Below, piece after piece: positions 30,979 to 41,088 of a stretch of DNA of 64,000 bases. The notes below the pieces were generated by a model. That model saw only the letters and a list, made by a program, of their open reading frames with translations. It did not search any database and was not told the origin of the DNA. The position numbers and the translations under genes were made by a program. Where the stretch lies: assembly GCA_963780185.1 (NCBI GenBank), contig CAWABA010000011.1, positions 192,001 through 256,000 of the forward strand, read 5' to 3'. The stretch is from Candidatus Bathyarchaeota archaeon. Lineage in GTDB: Archaea; Thermoproteota; Bathyarchaeia; Bathyarchaeales; Bathycorpusculaceae. How positions within the stretch are numbered: the first letter of the stretch is position 1; every line of letters begins with the position of its first letter.

Positions 30979-32484
30979 CTAGAATGGCTGGCTTATTTCA
31001 ACTTTATGTTGCGCTTTCCATTCTTTGAGTGGAACGCCAAGTTTCTTTTCAACTTCGGCTCTGTGGATGGAGTTCATGGTGCAGAAAGGAATGATGCGTC
31101 CGTCTGGTACGGCGTAGTGGATTAGGCAGCGTTGCACTCTTTCAAGGTCAAAGTTGTAGGGATCCATGAAATGCATGGCTGAAAGCAGAATAGATTTCCT
31201 TTGCAGATCACCCAGCGTTTTATAGTTACCCTTCGTCATTACTGGAAGAACCATACGCATGGTACCGAATTTTAAGTGGCGTGCAGTGCCTAGCAAAGAT
31301 AGGTATGCTCTTGTTTTGTGTCCGCTGGACGCTTTCGCGTAAACATCTCTCATGCCAGCGAAAAATGCGTCAACGTTCGCCATGTCCGCGATAGTCTTGA
31401 CTTTGCCTTTGTCGATCATCAGGTATGTTGCCATGCCGCAGTGCGGGTGCGCCGTGAACTCTAAGTATCTTCTGCCTTTTAGTGCGCCAACTGCTTTTGA
31501 CACTATTGCAACTGAAGGCACTGGGTAGAAGTCGGAGGTTTTAATCATGCCTTTGGTTTGTTCTTCAACTGCCTTCATGAAGTCTGGGATTGTGATGCGC
31601 ATTTTTTCACGTTCGGTTTGGGGTAAACGTCCGCAGAGACTTACGGGTTGAACGTTGATGCATCTTATGACATCGAAGTTCTTGACTGCGAAGTTCACGA
31701 TGTCCCCAAGTTGATGGTCGTTGACACCTTTAACCAGTGTGACCACCAACACAATGCTGTCGAATCCTGCTGCTCGAAGGTTCTCGATTGCCTTCATCTT
31801 TATGTCAAGCAGGTCTACTCCTCGGATAAACTTGAAAACATCAGAGGTTAAGCCGTCAAACTGCAGGTAAATGGTGCTTACGCCTGCTTCTTTGAGCTCC
31901 TTAGCGTATTCAACGCTTTGCGAGATTCGAAGACCGTTCGTATTAACTTCGACATGGCTGAAGCCAAGCTCTTTTGCTTTTCGAATAAATTCGGGCAGTT
32001 CCTTACGTATTGTAGGTTCTCCGCCTGAGAACTGAAGCGCCGTGGCTGGCACTGGCTTGTTGGCCCTCAGGTTCTCGAGCATTCCAATGATTTGCTCTTT
32101 GGTTGGTTCGTAAACGTAGCCTGCGGCTGCGGCGTTAGCGAAGCAGACTGGACAGGTTAGGTTGCATCTGTTTGTGACGTCGATTATTGCGAGCGCCGTG
32201 TGAGATTTGTGTTCGGGGCAGATGCCGCAGTCGTTTGGGCATCCGTTCTTTTTCTCGGTTCGGGGGTTAGCCATGCCTTCGCCGTCGAAACGGAATTTTT
32301 CTGCCCGCACGTATTGGTCGTAGTCTGACCAGTAAAGTTCTTGGAAATGCCCATGTTCAGGGCAATCTTTTTTGATGAAGACTTTGCCGTCGTCTTCGTA
32401 AATGGTTGCGTCAATAGCTTTTAGGCATTCGGGGCAGATGCTTCTTGTCGGTTTGATGTCTTTCATACTTTTGCCTTCTAACAT
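30979..32484 (-). CDS. tes: Radical SAM tetraether lipid synthase (Tes/GDGT-MAS family)
   Basis: CPEC..CPEHG, CPNDCGICPEH, CNLTCPVC radical SAM motif, HPHCG, FMDPYNFD..RC.IHY, IIPFC. Confidence 0.88.
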   Translation of the reverse strand: MLEGKSMKDIKPTRSICPECLKAIDATIYEDDGKVFIKKDCPEHGHFQELYWSDYDQYVRAEKFRFDGEGMANPRTEKKNGCPNDCGICPEHKSHTALAIIDVTNRCNLTCPVCFANAAAAGYVYEPTKEQIIGMLENLRANKPVPATALQFSGGEPTIRKELPEFIRKAKELGFSHVEVNTNGLRISQSVEYAKELKEAGVSTIYLQFDGLTSDVFKFIRGVDLLDIKMKAIENLRAAGFDSIVLVVTLVKGVNDHQLGDIVNFAVKNFDVIRCINVQPVSLCGRLPQTEREKMRITIPDFMKAVEEQTKGMIKTSDFYPVPSVAIVSKAVGALKGRRYLEFTAHPHCGMATYLMIDKGKVKTIADMANVDAFFAGMRDVYAKASSGHKTRAYLSLLGTARHLKFGTMRMVLPVMTKGNYKTLGDLQRKSILLSAMHFMDPYNFDLERVQRCLIHYAVPDGRIIPFCTMNSIHRAEVEKKLGVPLKEWKAQHKVEISQPF

Positions 32485-32567
32485 CTAAGCGGTTACGAAG
32501 TGCTTAAGAGCTAATGTTACGATAATAAGGTTTCCAAACGTTTCCTAAGGTGATTGAGGGGAAAGAC

Positions 32568-33320
32568 ATGTCGATTAACGAGAACACACGCATCGCCCTT
32601 CGAGAAATGGGTTTAAACGCCTACGAAATCGACGCTTACACGGCGCTGCTGGAAGTTGGGCAGATGACAGCTATGGAAATCAGCCAAGAAGCCAAAGTGC
32701 CCTACAGCAAAATGTACGAAGTTCTAAACTCGCTCAAAGCAAAAGGCTGGATAAAAAGCAGCGAAACCCGACCCTTCAAATATTTCCCGGTGCCTCCGCT
32801 CGAAGCAACACGCTCCACCAAGCTGCGGTTGGAAGACAAGTATCTGAGTTGGGAAAACACAGTCGCCGAAACGCTTCAGCCCCTCTACGAAAAACGGGAA
32901 CTCGTCGAGCGACCAGACATGCTTATTCTCCGCGGGCAACAGGGCGTGCTGAGCAAGCTTGAAGAAGTTTTAAGCAAAGCAACCAAAGAAGTCGTGATTG
33001 CCGCACCAGAGTTTGCCAAGCCAGTTATCACGTTGGCTGAACCCCTGCTGGGAAACGTTTTGAAGAAGACGGTCAGCGTTAAACTTATGGCTGCTGGCAA
33101 AAAGGAAGATTGGCTTTTCTTAAAGAAGTACCCTGCGCTGAACGAGTTTCGCATCCGCGACCACATGTTCGGCGGCGGCGTAATCGCGGACGGCAAAGAA
33201 GCCATGCTGTTCCTTGGCGAAGACAAACCTACCCTCGTGATTTGGAGCAACCACGTCGGCTTAGTGGGGTTCGCCCGCGAGTACTTCCAGTTCCTCTGGG
33301 ACTCCTCAGAAACCGCCTAG
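32568..33320 (+). CDS. TrmB-family transcriptional regulator
   Basis: GLNAYEIDAY, VPYSKMYEVLNSL..KGW, C-terminal effector domain. Confidence 0.92.
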   Translation: MSINENTRIALREMGLNAYEIDAYTALLEVGQMTAMEISQEAKVPYSKMYEVLNSLKAKGWIKSSETRPFKYFPVPPLEATRSTKLRLEDKYLSWENTVAETLQPLYEKRELVERPDMLILRGQQGVLSKLEEVLSKATKEVVIAAPEFAKPVITLAEPLLGNVLKKTVSVKLMAAGKKEDWLFLKKYPALNEFRIRDHMFGGGVIADGKEAMLFLGEDKPTLVIWSNHVGLVGFAREYFQFLWDSSETA

Positions 33321-33332
33321 CTGGGAGTTCGA

Positions 33333-33399
33333 TTCCTGTCAGAAACCGCCCGTAACCGCCCATACCCGACAATGCTGCCTATGTGGCTTCATCATGGAA
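33333..33399 (-). ncRNA. Candidate C/D-box sRNA
   Basis: TTCC-ATGATGA...46 nt...CTGA-CA-GGAA; internal D'/C' boxes not evident. Confidence 0.35.
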
Positions 33400-33660
33400 A
33401 GTCGCAACCCGCCCATCCCTGCCCATCCCGCAACATAGAACACGACCAAACACGACCAGACCTACAAACGATTCAAGCTCGATTTCAAAAAAGCAACATG
33501 AAACACAAAAAGAAAAAGTCTCAACTTATCCTACGGCAAAAGCCCCAAAAAATTACTCCTAAAAACCTAACTCTAAAACGGCGAAATCAATTGTCTAAAA
33601 ACACGCGTAGAGGTATCTAAACAAAAAAAGAAGAAAGGAAGGAACTTTGTTATAAGGTAA

Positions 33661-33882
33661 CTATCTTTCCATGACTTTTCTTGCGGCGATTTCAATATCT
33701 TCCGCTTTGATGGTTTTTCTTCCAGCGTGCATCGCGAAATCCAGTGCTTCCTTAGCAATCTTTACGCCGATTTCTTCGAGAGCCTTTGCTAGTTCCTTTG
33801 CTGCTGCTTCACTTACTCTGTCAGCACCCGCTTTTTTGCATAAACGGTGCATGGGAGCTACAGCTATTTCTAATTCGGTCAT
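33661..33882 (-). CDS. Archaeal histone (HMf family)
   Basis: [29 protein letters not shown]. Confidence 0.96.
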   Translation of the reverse strand: MTELEIAVAPMHRLCKKAGADRVSEAAAKELAKALEEIGVKIAKEALDFAMHAGRKTIKAEDIEIAARKVMER

Positions 33883-34031
33883 ATCGACTTCTCCACAGCC
33901 TCTTTTTCATTTTAAAGCAATATTTAACCTTTGTTGTGCCTTTTAATTTAAATTCCCGACATGTAACTTGACCAGAAAAAGAAAGAAAATTATAAAAAAC
34001 ACTCAACAATGACTATTCCCACAGACCAAAA

Positions 34032-34805
34032 ATGAAGCTAATCGACGCGCACATACATCTGTCAGATGCAGACTATGCAGGACACATAGACGAGTTAATA
34101 GCAGACGCAAAAAATGCGGGCGTAGCAGCATTAATGACAAATTCATTGGATCTCAAAACCTGCCAAAGCGACCTGAAACTGGCAGAAAAATACGCTGGCT
34201 TAGTTTACCCAGCATTGGGGATTCATCCGTGGAACGTGAACGTCCTTAAAGAAGGCGAGCTTGAACAAACCATCCAGCTGATTACCTCTCAAAGAAGTGT
34301 GGTCAAGGCAATAGGCGAAATCGGCTTAGATGCAAAGTACGAAACAGTGTGGGAAAAGCAGATGATGGTTTTCGACAAGATGCTGCGGCTTGCAGAAAAG
34401 CTTGAGTTGCCCGTGATTATTCATAGCCGAGGTACAACCGACAAAATAATAGATATGCTCCCCTCGTACCGCCTTAAGCACGTTTTGCTTCACTGGTTCA
34501 GCTACCCTCTGGACGCACTTTCCAAAGCGATGGATAACGGGTATTTTATCACCGAAGGTCCGCCAGCAGCCTACTCAAGCGGGATACGGGAAATCATCGA
34601 TAAGGTGCCGCTGACACATTTTTTGACGGAAACCGATGGTCCAGTCAAGTATTACAAGCGCCCCTATAGCGCCAAACTAACTATGTCGTCCTTCATCCGA
34701 AACGTCGTTGAAGCCGTCGCCGAAATCAAAAAAATGCAGGTTGAAGAGGTTGCCCAGCAAATAGTTGAGAACTTCCAGGTTTTCTTCAACATAAAAATAA
34801 ACTAG
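34032..34805 (+). CDS. tatD: TatD-family nuclease
   Basis: IDAHIH, GIHPW, IGEIGLD, IHSR, ETDGP. Confidence 0.93.
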   Translation: MKLIDAHIHLSDADYAGHIDELIADAKNAGVAALMTNSLDLKTCQSDLKLAEKYAGLVYPALGIHPWNVNVLKEGELEQTIQLITSQRSVVKAIGEIGLDAKYETVWEKQMMVFDKMLRLAEKLELPVIIHSRGTTDKIIDMLPSYRLKHVLLHWFSYPLDALSKAMDNGYFITEGPPAAYSSGIREIIDKVPLTHFLTETDGPVKYYKRPYSAKLTMSSFIRNVVEAVAEIKKMQVEEVAQQIVENFQVFFNIKIN

Positions 34806-34955
34806 TTAAGCTTCTGACTGCCGCTTGGAACTTTCTGCAACACTAAACGTGAGCTATTAAGCGTAAACTTAAATTAAACCAATCATCTATTGGGAATTGC
34901 TCTTACGCATTCAAGCGTCGGACAAAGTAACATTGATGACATGAGGTATTTGGAT

Positions 34956-35198
34956 TTGGGAAAAGTTAAGACTGACCAAGTTAAACGATCTGGCAAAGAA
35001 CTGATGCGTCGGTTTCCAGAAAAATTCACCACCAACTTTGACGAAAACAAACATGCAGTGGACACTTTAACTGAGGGTACAACCACGCGGGTTAGAAACC
35101 AAATTGCTGGGTACATAACGCGCACACTTGCGCTGGCTAAAGCCAACTCGGGAAACGAGCCGATTGAAAGCGACGATGAAGACGAAGATTCAGAATAA
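34956..35198 (+). CDS. rps17e: 30S ribosomal protein S17e
   Basis: GKVKT..VKR, FTTNFDENK, VRNQIAGYIT; TTG start after GAGGT. Confidence 0.95.
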   Translation: MGKVKTDQVKRSGKELMRRFPEKFTTNFDENKHAVDTLTEGTTTRVRNQIAGYITRTLALAKANSGNEPIESDDEDEDSE

Positions 35199-35224
35199 AC
35201 GCTGCTGTTAGAAAGGAAACCTCT

Positions 35225-35602
35225 ATGATGGATGATTACAGGAAAGGGTGGGCTCTACGGTACCTTCGTGAAGCAAAAGCTGAGTTGGAAGCCGCACGAA
35301 AAATCCCTTACATGGCTCCAGGATTGGTTTTGGAAGCAATCAGAAAAGCCAGAAACGCCATTTACTACAGCCTAGGCGAACCTGCCTTCATTGAAATACT
35401 CATTCGGGAGGAAGTCCTCAAAAACCCGGGTACGAACGATTCGATTCTGCGTTTTCTAATGGAGATCGAAGCTGTCGTTCAGCAGATGCAGCAGCTAGAG
35501 GAAGTGAACGGCGACGTAATGATGAAGCAGGCAGACTCCATCGTCGGAATAGCCTCCGATATCGTGGAAACATTAACGGCTGAAAGAATACAGAGCTTCT
35601 AA
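35225..35602 (+). CDS. Helical hypothetical protein, possibly HEPN-like
   Basis: YLREAKAELEAA resembles HEPN helix 1; no Rx4-6H motif. Confidence 0.6.
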   Translation: MMDDYRKGWALRYLREAKAELEAARKIPYMAPGLVLEAIRKARNAIYYSLGEPAFIEILIREEVLKNPGTNDSILRFLMEIEAVVQQMQQLEEVNGDVMMKQADSIVGIASDIVETLTAERIQSF

Positions 35603-35667
35603 GTTCCTTATTTGGCGCGCAAACACTTTTAACGTAAACGCCGATTCTATATTTTAAGCGAAAAACA

Positions 35668-35952
35668 ATGGTGCTAACCATAAAATTCGTCGGCGCAATG
35701 CGCCACATCACAGGCAAAACCCAACTAACCGTCAACTACGAAAAAGAAATGTCGCTAAAAGAGTTGCTTGCGAGAATCAGCCAGGAAACGCCGAAGCTGG
35801 AAAAATCCTTGAGCGACCAGCAAATGGCCGATTCGACTTCTAACGCTTTGATACTGGTCAACGGGAGGGAAATCAGTGTTCTTAACGGTTTAGAAACCAA
35901 GTTAAGTGATGGAGACGAAATCGTTTTTGTTCCCGTTGTGCATGGAGGTTGA
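35668..35952 (+). CDS. MoaD/ThiS/SAMP ubiquitin-like protein
   Basis: ILVNGREI, DGDEIVFVPVVHGG with C-terminal GG. Confidence 0.92.
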   Translation: MVLTIKFVGAMRHITGKTQLTVNYEKEMSLKELLARISQETPKLEKSLSDQQMADSTSNALILVNGREISVLNGLETKLSDGDEIVFVPVVHGG

Positions 35953-35956
35953 GCTT

Positions 35957-36736
35957 ATGATTACTTTGACCAGCGATTTTGGGCTCAAAGACCCTTACGT
36001 GGCTGAGATGAAAGGTGTAATTTTAACCATAAATCCCAACGCCGCGCTAGTTGACGTTACGCATCAAATCGAAAAATTCAACGTGCGCGCCGCAGCTTTC
36101 ACGTTGGCGTCTGCAGCACCGTACTTTCCCGATGGCACCGTTCACTTGGCAGTTGTGGACCCTGAAGTCGGCACAGACAGACGCGCCGTAGTGATGCAGA
36201 CGGAAAAAGCCTTCTTTGTCGGGCCTGACAACGGCGTTTTGGCTCTAGCAGCCCAACGCCAAGGCATCCAACACACCTACCAGCTGACGAACCCGAAGTT
36301 CACGATGCCTAAAGTTTCCAGCACCTTTCACGGCAGAGATATTTTTGCACCCGCAGCCGCATACTTATCGAAAGGCGTTGAACCTTCAGAGTTTGGACCA
36401 GAAATAAAAGATCCCGTCTCTCCATCATTTGCCCAAGTAAAATTAAGCAGTGGCTCGATAATCGGGGAAGTCTTAGGCGTAGACGGCTTCGGCAACGTAA
36501 TCACGAACATAACTCAGAAGGATGCAGCAGGCATGGAAGGGAAAACCGTCAATGTGGAAATCGCCGATGCCACGCTGGAAATCCCGTTTAGAAAAGCGTA
36601 CGCCCAAGCAAAAGCCAAAGGACCCGTTCTCTTGGTTGGTAGCCATGGTTTCTTGGAAATCGCACTGAACCAAGCAAGCGCCGCCGAAAAATTCCGCCTA
36701 AACGTTGGCGACAAAATCAAAGTCGCGGTTGCCTAA
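35957..36736 (+). CDS. SAM hydroxide adenosyltransferase (DUF62; fluorinase/chlorinase-like)
   Basis: ITLTSDFG, VVDPEVG, GPDNG, STFHGRDIFAP, DGFGN. Confidence 0.93.
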   Translation: MITLTSDFGLKDPYVAEMKGVILTINPNAALVDVTHQIEKFNVRAAAFTLASAAPYFPDGTVHLAVVDPEVGTDRRAVVMQTEKAFFVGPDNGVLALAAQRQGIQHTYQLTNPKFTMPKVSSTFHGRDIFAPAAAYLSKGVEPSEFGPEIKDPVSPSFAQVKLSSGSIIGEVLGVDGFGNVITNITQKDAAGMEGKTVNVEIADATLEIPFRKAYAQAKAKGPVLLVGSHGFLEIALNQASAAEKFRLNVGDKIKVAVA

Positions 36737-37707
36737 AGGGTTTTTACAATTTTTTCGATTACGTCAACGGGGTTTTCCAGTTCCGCAAGTTTACTTTTGA
36801 CATCAAATTTTTTGCCAAGATACTTCTTTGCGTAAGCCAGCACGCCACGTTCAGTTGTGGCAAACAGCGGGAACCCTTTCTCGGCTATGTAACGGTTAAC
36901 GTTGGTTTTCGCCATATCCGAAACAGCGACGCTGGGCACGCCTTGAAGAGCTGCTTCCCTCGCAATCGTCCCCCCATAGCTGACCACCAAATCCGCGTTC
37001 GCCACCAAGCTTGCTGAATCCACAAACCCTTCCTTGCCTGCAAAAGCTTCGCCTTGGCTACTGTACCTCTCGATGAAATGCACGTTGCCCAGCTTACCGA
37101 GCTTCTCCGCCATCAATCTTGCAAGGTCCTGTTTGCCCCCCGCATAGGCGGCTTTGGTTTCAATTTGCCTGACAACTATTAGAGGCTTCTTTAATCCTTC
37201 GATTTTTCTCGGCTTAAAATCCTTGATCCATGCAACCTCATCGACGCCTCTGAAGGCCACCCGATTTTTGGCGCAGTGCTGAGATACAAAACTTTTCGGC
37301 AACGCCTCCGACACCACAACTGTGTGCGCAAAAGGTATTGTGAGCCTGTTAACGGCTGTGGCGTAGGGGGTATCTGCGGTTAAAATGATTGGGATTCCTA
37401 AGCCGAAGGCTGTTCTGCAAAGCTCAACTGATTGATGCGCGATAGCGACCTGTGGCGGGTTATCCTTGAAAAGGTCGGCGAACCCTATTACTCGTTCGGC
37501 GCTTTCTTTGAGCCTTGAGGATAGCGTTGACGGATTGTATTTGCCTATGACGATGGGTTTTTCCCCGAGAACCTTTGCAAGCGGCAGCGTGTCTGGGTGC
37601 TCACGCGTCGTAAAGACGTATTCGTGTCCTGCTTTTCTTAGCCTTTGACCGATAGCTGACCCGTACCTGACATGTTTGCCCGTGCAGGCGTCATACCAAA
37701 TTTTCAT
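36733..37707 (-). CDS. DUF354 protein (GT-B-like)
   Basis: MKIWYD, GGTIAREAALQGVP. Confidence 0.85.
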   Translation of the reverse strand: MKIWYDACTGKHVRYGSAIGQRLRKAGHEYVFTTREHPDTLPLAKVLGEKPIVIGKYNPSTLSSRLKESAERVIGFADLFKDNPPQVAIAHQSVELCRTAFGLGIPIILTADTPYATAVNRLTIPFAHTVVVSEALPKSFVSQHCAKNRVAFRGVDEVAWIKDFKPRKIEGLKKPLIVVRQIETKAAYAGGKQDLARLMAEKLGKLGNVHFIERYSSQGEAFAGKEGFVDSASLVANADLVVSYGGTIAREAALQGVPSVAVSDMAKTNVNRYIAEKGFPLFATTERGVLAYAKKYLGKKFDVKSKLAELENPVDVIEKIVKTL

Positions 37708-38222
37708 TTATCATTTATCCAACCTATGTGTGAAGCTATGAACTTGTCACGTTTTTCTTCATATTCCTCAAGCGTCATTATTACTTTTGCTGGAACACCA
37801 CTTAACACCGTTCTAGGCGCCACGTTTTTGGTGACGACGCTTCCTCCGCCAATCACGGCTCTTTCGCCTACCGTCACGTCTGGCAGTATGGTGACGCCGC
37901 CGCCGATTGCAACATTGTTTTTGATGACTGGCGGAGTCATAAAAGTGCCCTTTGGATACTTATCGTTAAGAAGCGATGTGTTGGGGGCGATGAACACGTC
38001 GTTGCCTAGTTGGCAGCCGTTTGAGATAGTTACGTGTGCTTGGATGTTGCATCTTTTGCCTATAACCACGTCTTTGCCTATGTCGCAGAAGCTTCCGATG
38101 ACGGTGTCATCTCCGATTTTCGCGCCGTCGCCGATCACAACGTAATTCCAGATAGCCACGTTTGTACCGATCAAAACCTTGGCGCCTGTAACTACGCCTA
38201 CGCCTCTCTTTGAATTCTGCAT
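37704..38222 (-). CDS. Hexapeptide-repeat sugar N-acyltransferase (WbpD-like)
   Basis: Left-handed beta-helix repeats, NDKYP, GSVVTKNV, GVPAK. Confidence 0.88.
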   Translation of the reverse strand: MQNSKRGVGVVTGAKVLIGTNVAIWNYVVIGDGAKIGDDTVIGSFCDIGKDVVIGKRCNIQAHVTISNGCQLGNDVFIAPNTSLLNDKYPKGTFMTPPVIKNNVAIGGGVTILPDVTVGERAVIGGGSVVTKNVAPRTVLSGVPAKVIMTLEEYEEKRDKFIASHIGWINDK

Positions 38223-38294
38223 GAACTCTCCTTTCGGCTCCAGATTTAAATAGTTTAAGCTTAACATTGATTTTCCAACGGTGGATGCAATCAT

Positions 38295-39179
38295 TTGACC
38301 AAAGAAACAGTTTTGATTATAGGTTTAGGCGAAATCGGGCATACCCTTTTCGCGTTGATGAACGAGCAGAAAAAAAGCTTCAGCGTTTATGGATTAGATT
38401 TAGATGAACCAAAAATGCGTCAGCTCGGTCAAAGCAGAAGCCATCTGCCAAGCCAGGTAGACACCCTGCATATTTGCCTGCCATGCGGTTCCCAAGAAAA
38501 ATTCTTAGGTGTTGTTGATGGCTACGTTAAAGAGTTTAGGCCCAAACTTGTGATTGTCAACAGCACAGTTCCGCCTGGAACCACCCTGAAGGTTGCGGCA
38601 AAATGCAAGTGTTTAGTTGCGCATTCGCCTTCGCGTGGCGTACACAAGAACGATGCACACATGATATGGGAGATGAAGCGTTGGACAAAGTACGTCGGCG
38701 GCGCAGACGAGGCGGGTGCAGAAGCTGCCCGAGCCCATTTTGAAAAACTCGGCTTAAAAGTGAAGGTGCTTAAAACCTGCACAGAAACGGAGCTTGCCAA
38801 GCTTTTCGAAACAACTTACCGCGCGTGGATGATTGCTTGCTTCCAAGAGATGCATCGCATTTCCAGGGCTTTCGGCACGGACTTTAACGAAACAGTTGAT
38901 TTCCTTGAGGACACCCATCGCGTACGGTTCGACAGGCCTGTTATGTTCCCAGGTGTAATCGGGGGACACTGCCTGATCCCGAACACTGAACTGCTGCTGG
39001 ATGCTTACGACTCGGATTTTCTGCGGTTGATTTTGAAGTCCAATGAAAAACGCAAAGAAGAAGTCAAAGATGAGGCTGTTAAGGCGGAAGTGGCGAAGGT
39101 TGCGGCGCGGGCTGTGGCGTTGGAGAAGGAGCTTGCGGGAGAAAAGAACGAGTCCACCGAGCCAAACCAATGCGGATAA
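38295..39179 (+). CDS. NDP-sugar 6-dehydrogenase family protein, short form
   Basis: GLGEIG, NSTVPPGTT, ELAKLFETTY, IGGHCL; lacks the usual C-terminal domain. Confidence 0.85.
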   Translation: MTKETVLIIGLGEIGHTLFALMNEQKKSFSVYGLDLDEPKMRQLGQSRSHLPSQVDTLHICLPCGSQEKFLGVVDGYVKEFRPKLVIVNSTVPPGTTLKVAAKCKCLVAHSPSRGVHKNDAHMIWEMKRWTKYVGGADEAGAEAARAHFEKLGLKVKVLKTCTETELAKLFETTYRAWMIACFQEMHRISRAFGTDFNETVDFLEDTHRVRFDRPVMFPGVIGGHCLIPNTELLLDAYDSDFLRLILKSNEKRKEEVKDEAVKAEVAKVAARAVALEKELAGEKNESTEPNQCG

Positions 39180-39324
39180 CCCCCTTTTTGCAAGGGGTTC
39201 ACTCTGTTTTTGGCGTTTCCAACCATTTTTTCGTGAGTCACTTTTTTCTGGCTTAATTGCCTCGTGAAGATAATAACATTAATACGAAAAGAGATACAAT
39301 AGATGGCAAGCTCGCGTGAACCCG

Positions 39325-40128
39325 ATGAAGTTAGATGTCGTGCTGTTAACCAAAAACAGCCTTAAACCCTGCTTATCCGAATGTGTCGAGTCCATTTACC
39401 GCAACGTACCCGTCAACAGGCTTCTGGTGGTGGACGGCGGAAGCACCGACGGCACCTTGGAGCTTCTCCGAAAATACCCCAACGTCAAAATCATCGAGGA
39501 TTCGCCTGGCACAAGGGCAAGCGCGCGGCAAAAAGGAATTGGCGCTGTTGGAACGGAGTGGCATATCCACGTTGACTCAGACGTTATTCTCTGCGAAGAC
39601 TGGTTCAAGGAAGCTTGGAGAACCGTTGCCGATGATGTTGGCGCGGTTTGGGGGGTGGCGGTGCCGAACGAGAAACACTACTACAACGCAACGTACGCCA
39701 TGTCTAAGTTGTATCGAATAAGCATCAAAGATTTGATGGTTAGGCAGATGCGCAGCGAACGCTGCATGATGCATGACACTCTTATCCGAACAAGCACGGT
39801 TAAAGACATAGCGATCCCAGCGAACCTGCATATCTATGAAGACGACTACATCGGGCAGCACATAATCCGCAAGGGCTTTAGGTTTCTAAAAGTCACCGAA
39901 CCATACTGCCTCCACAACGTCACACCTAACGAACGCACCCAAGGGTATGTCACCACAGGCTATCTGCTGAAAGTTTATCATTACGGGCGGCTTAGTCAAA
40001 TTCTCCGATGGGTTCTGACGTCTATCCCCAAATCTGCGTGGATATTCATCGTGACAAGGGATTTTCAGGCGTCCAAAACCAACTTCATTAGCAACATATT
40101 GATTTTCAAAGGCTGGTTGGCTGCATAG
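39325..40128 (+). CDS. Glycosyltransferase family 2
   Basis: VDGGSTDGT, VDSD, ED motif. Confidence 0.9.
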   Translation: MKLDVVLLTKNSLKPCLSECVESIYRNVPVNRLLVVDGGSTDGTLELLRKYPNVKIIEDSPGTRASARQKGIGAVGTEWHIHVDSDVILCEDWFKEAWRTVADDVGAVWGVAVPNEKHYYNATYAMSKLYRISIKDLMVRQMRSERCMMHDTLIRTSTVKDIAIPANLHIYEDDYIGQHIIRKGFRFLKVTEPYCLHNVTPNERTQGYVTTGYLLKVYHYGRLSQILRWVLTSIPKSAWIFIVTRDFQASKTNFISNILIFKGWLAA

Positions 40129-40229
40129 AACCTGAAAATGCAGCTTGCGGCGCCCGATTTTGGCGGGCTGGTTTTCAGAAACCTAAATTAGTTCTCTTAC
40201 TGCTTTAGTGATTCAAATCTGGGGCGCTT

Positions 40230-41042
40230 GTGTTGAGTGAAAGAGTCGACGTTGTCTTTCTGACGAAGAACAGCATGAAGCCGTGCCTAAAGGAATGCTT
40301 GGACTCTGTGTTCGCTAACGTTCCAGTCGGGCGTCTTTTGGTGATTGACGGCGGCAGCACTGACGGAACCCTCGATGTCGTCAGAACCTACGCTAACTGC
40401 GAAGTGATTGATGATTCCGGCGGGAACAGGGCAACAGCAAGGCAAAAAGGCATCGAAGCCGCAGAAACAACCTGGCACCTACATGTTGATTCTGACGTTG
40501 TTTTATGCAAAGGCTGGTTTAATGAGGCTCTGAAGCACCTTAACCCGAAAGTCGGCGGCTTGTGGGGCGTCACTGTCCCAGGTGACAAGCACATCTACAA
40601 CCAAAACAAAGCTATGGCGATACTTCACCGTAAAGACACCATTGACTATATTTTGCAGCAAAAATACCTCAAACGCTATTTGACCCATGACACGTTGCTG
40701 CGAACCGAGGCGGTTAAAGACATAAAGATACCCAGCGACCTACACCAGTGGGAAGACCATTTCATCGGACAGCACGTCGTCGCAAAGAATTATGAGTGGG
40801 TGAAAACCCGTGAACCCTGCTGCCTCCACTACTTCCATGAAGGTATGACCTGGAAAGAATTCGTGCAAAACGGCAAACTTGCAAGGGAAAGCAAATCGTA
40901 CACTAACCGCCAAATACTGCTCAGAGTGGGCGCCGCCGTTCCCAAGTCGCTTTGGATAATCATGGCAACTGGAGACTTCACCGCCGGCAAACAACAACTC
41001 GAAAACTACATCGGCCTAGCAAAAGGCTGGTACGGGATTTAG
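40230..41042 (+). CDS. Glycosyltransferase family 2 (tandem paralogue)
   Basis: Same motifs and length as the upstream GT2. Confidence 0.9.
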   Translation: MLSERVDVVFLTKNSMKPCLKECLDSVFANVPVGRLLVIDGGSTDGTLDVVRTYANCEVIDDSGGNRATARQKGIEAAETTWHLHVDSDVVLCKGWFNEALKHLNPKVGGLWGVTVPGDKHIYNQNKAMAILHRKDTIDYILQQKYLKRYLTHDTLLRTEAVKDIKIPSDLHQWEDHFIGQHVVAKNYEWVKTREPCCLHYFHEGMTWKEFVQNGKLARESKSYTNRQILLRVGAAVPKSLWIIMATGDFTAGKQQLENYIGLAKGWYGI

Positions 41043-41088
41043 ACAGTATTTTCAAAGTTGTAAGCAAACCTGTCTCGCTATGCTGGTT

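Noticed and set aside
30979-32484. Radical SAM protein as a novel enzyme
   Set aside because: It matches the characterised tetraether synthase family
33321-33460. tRNA fragment (GTTCGATTCC) or 5S rRNA-like sequence (CCCATCCCG)
   Set aside because: No cloverleaf or 5S helices can be built; the matches are short
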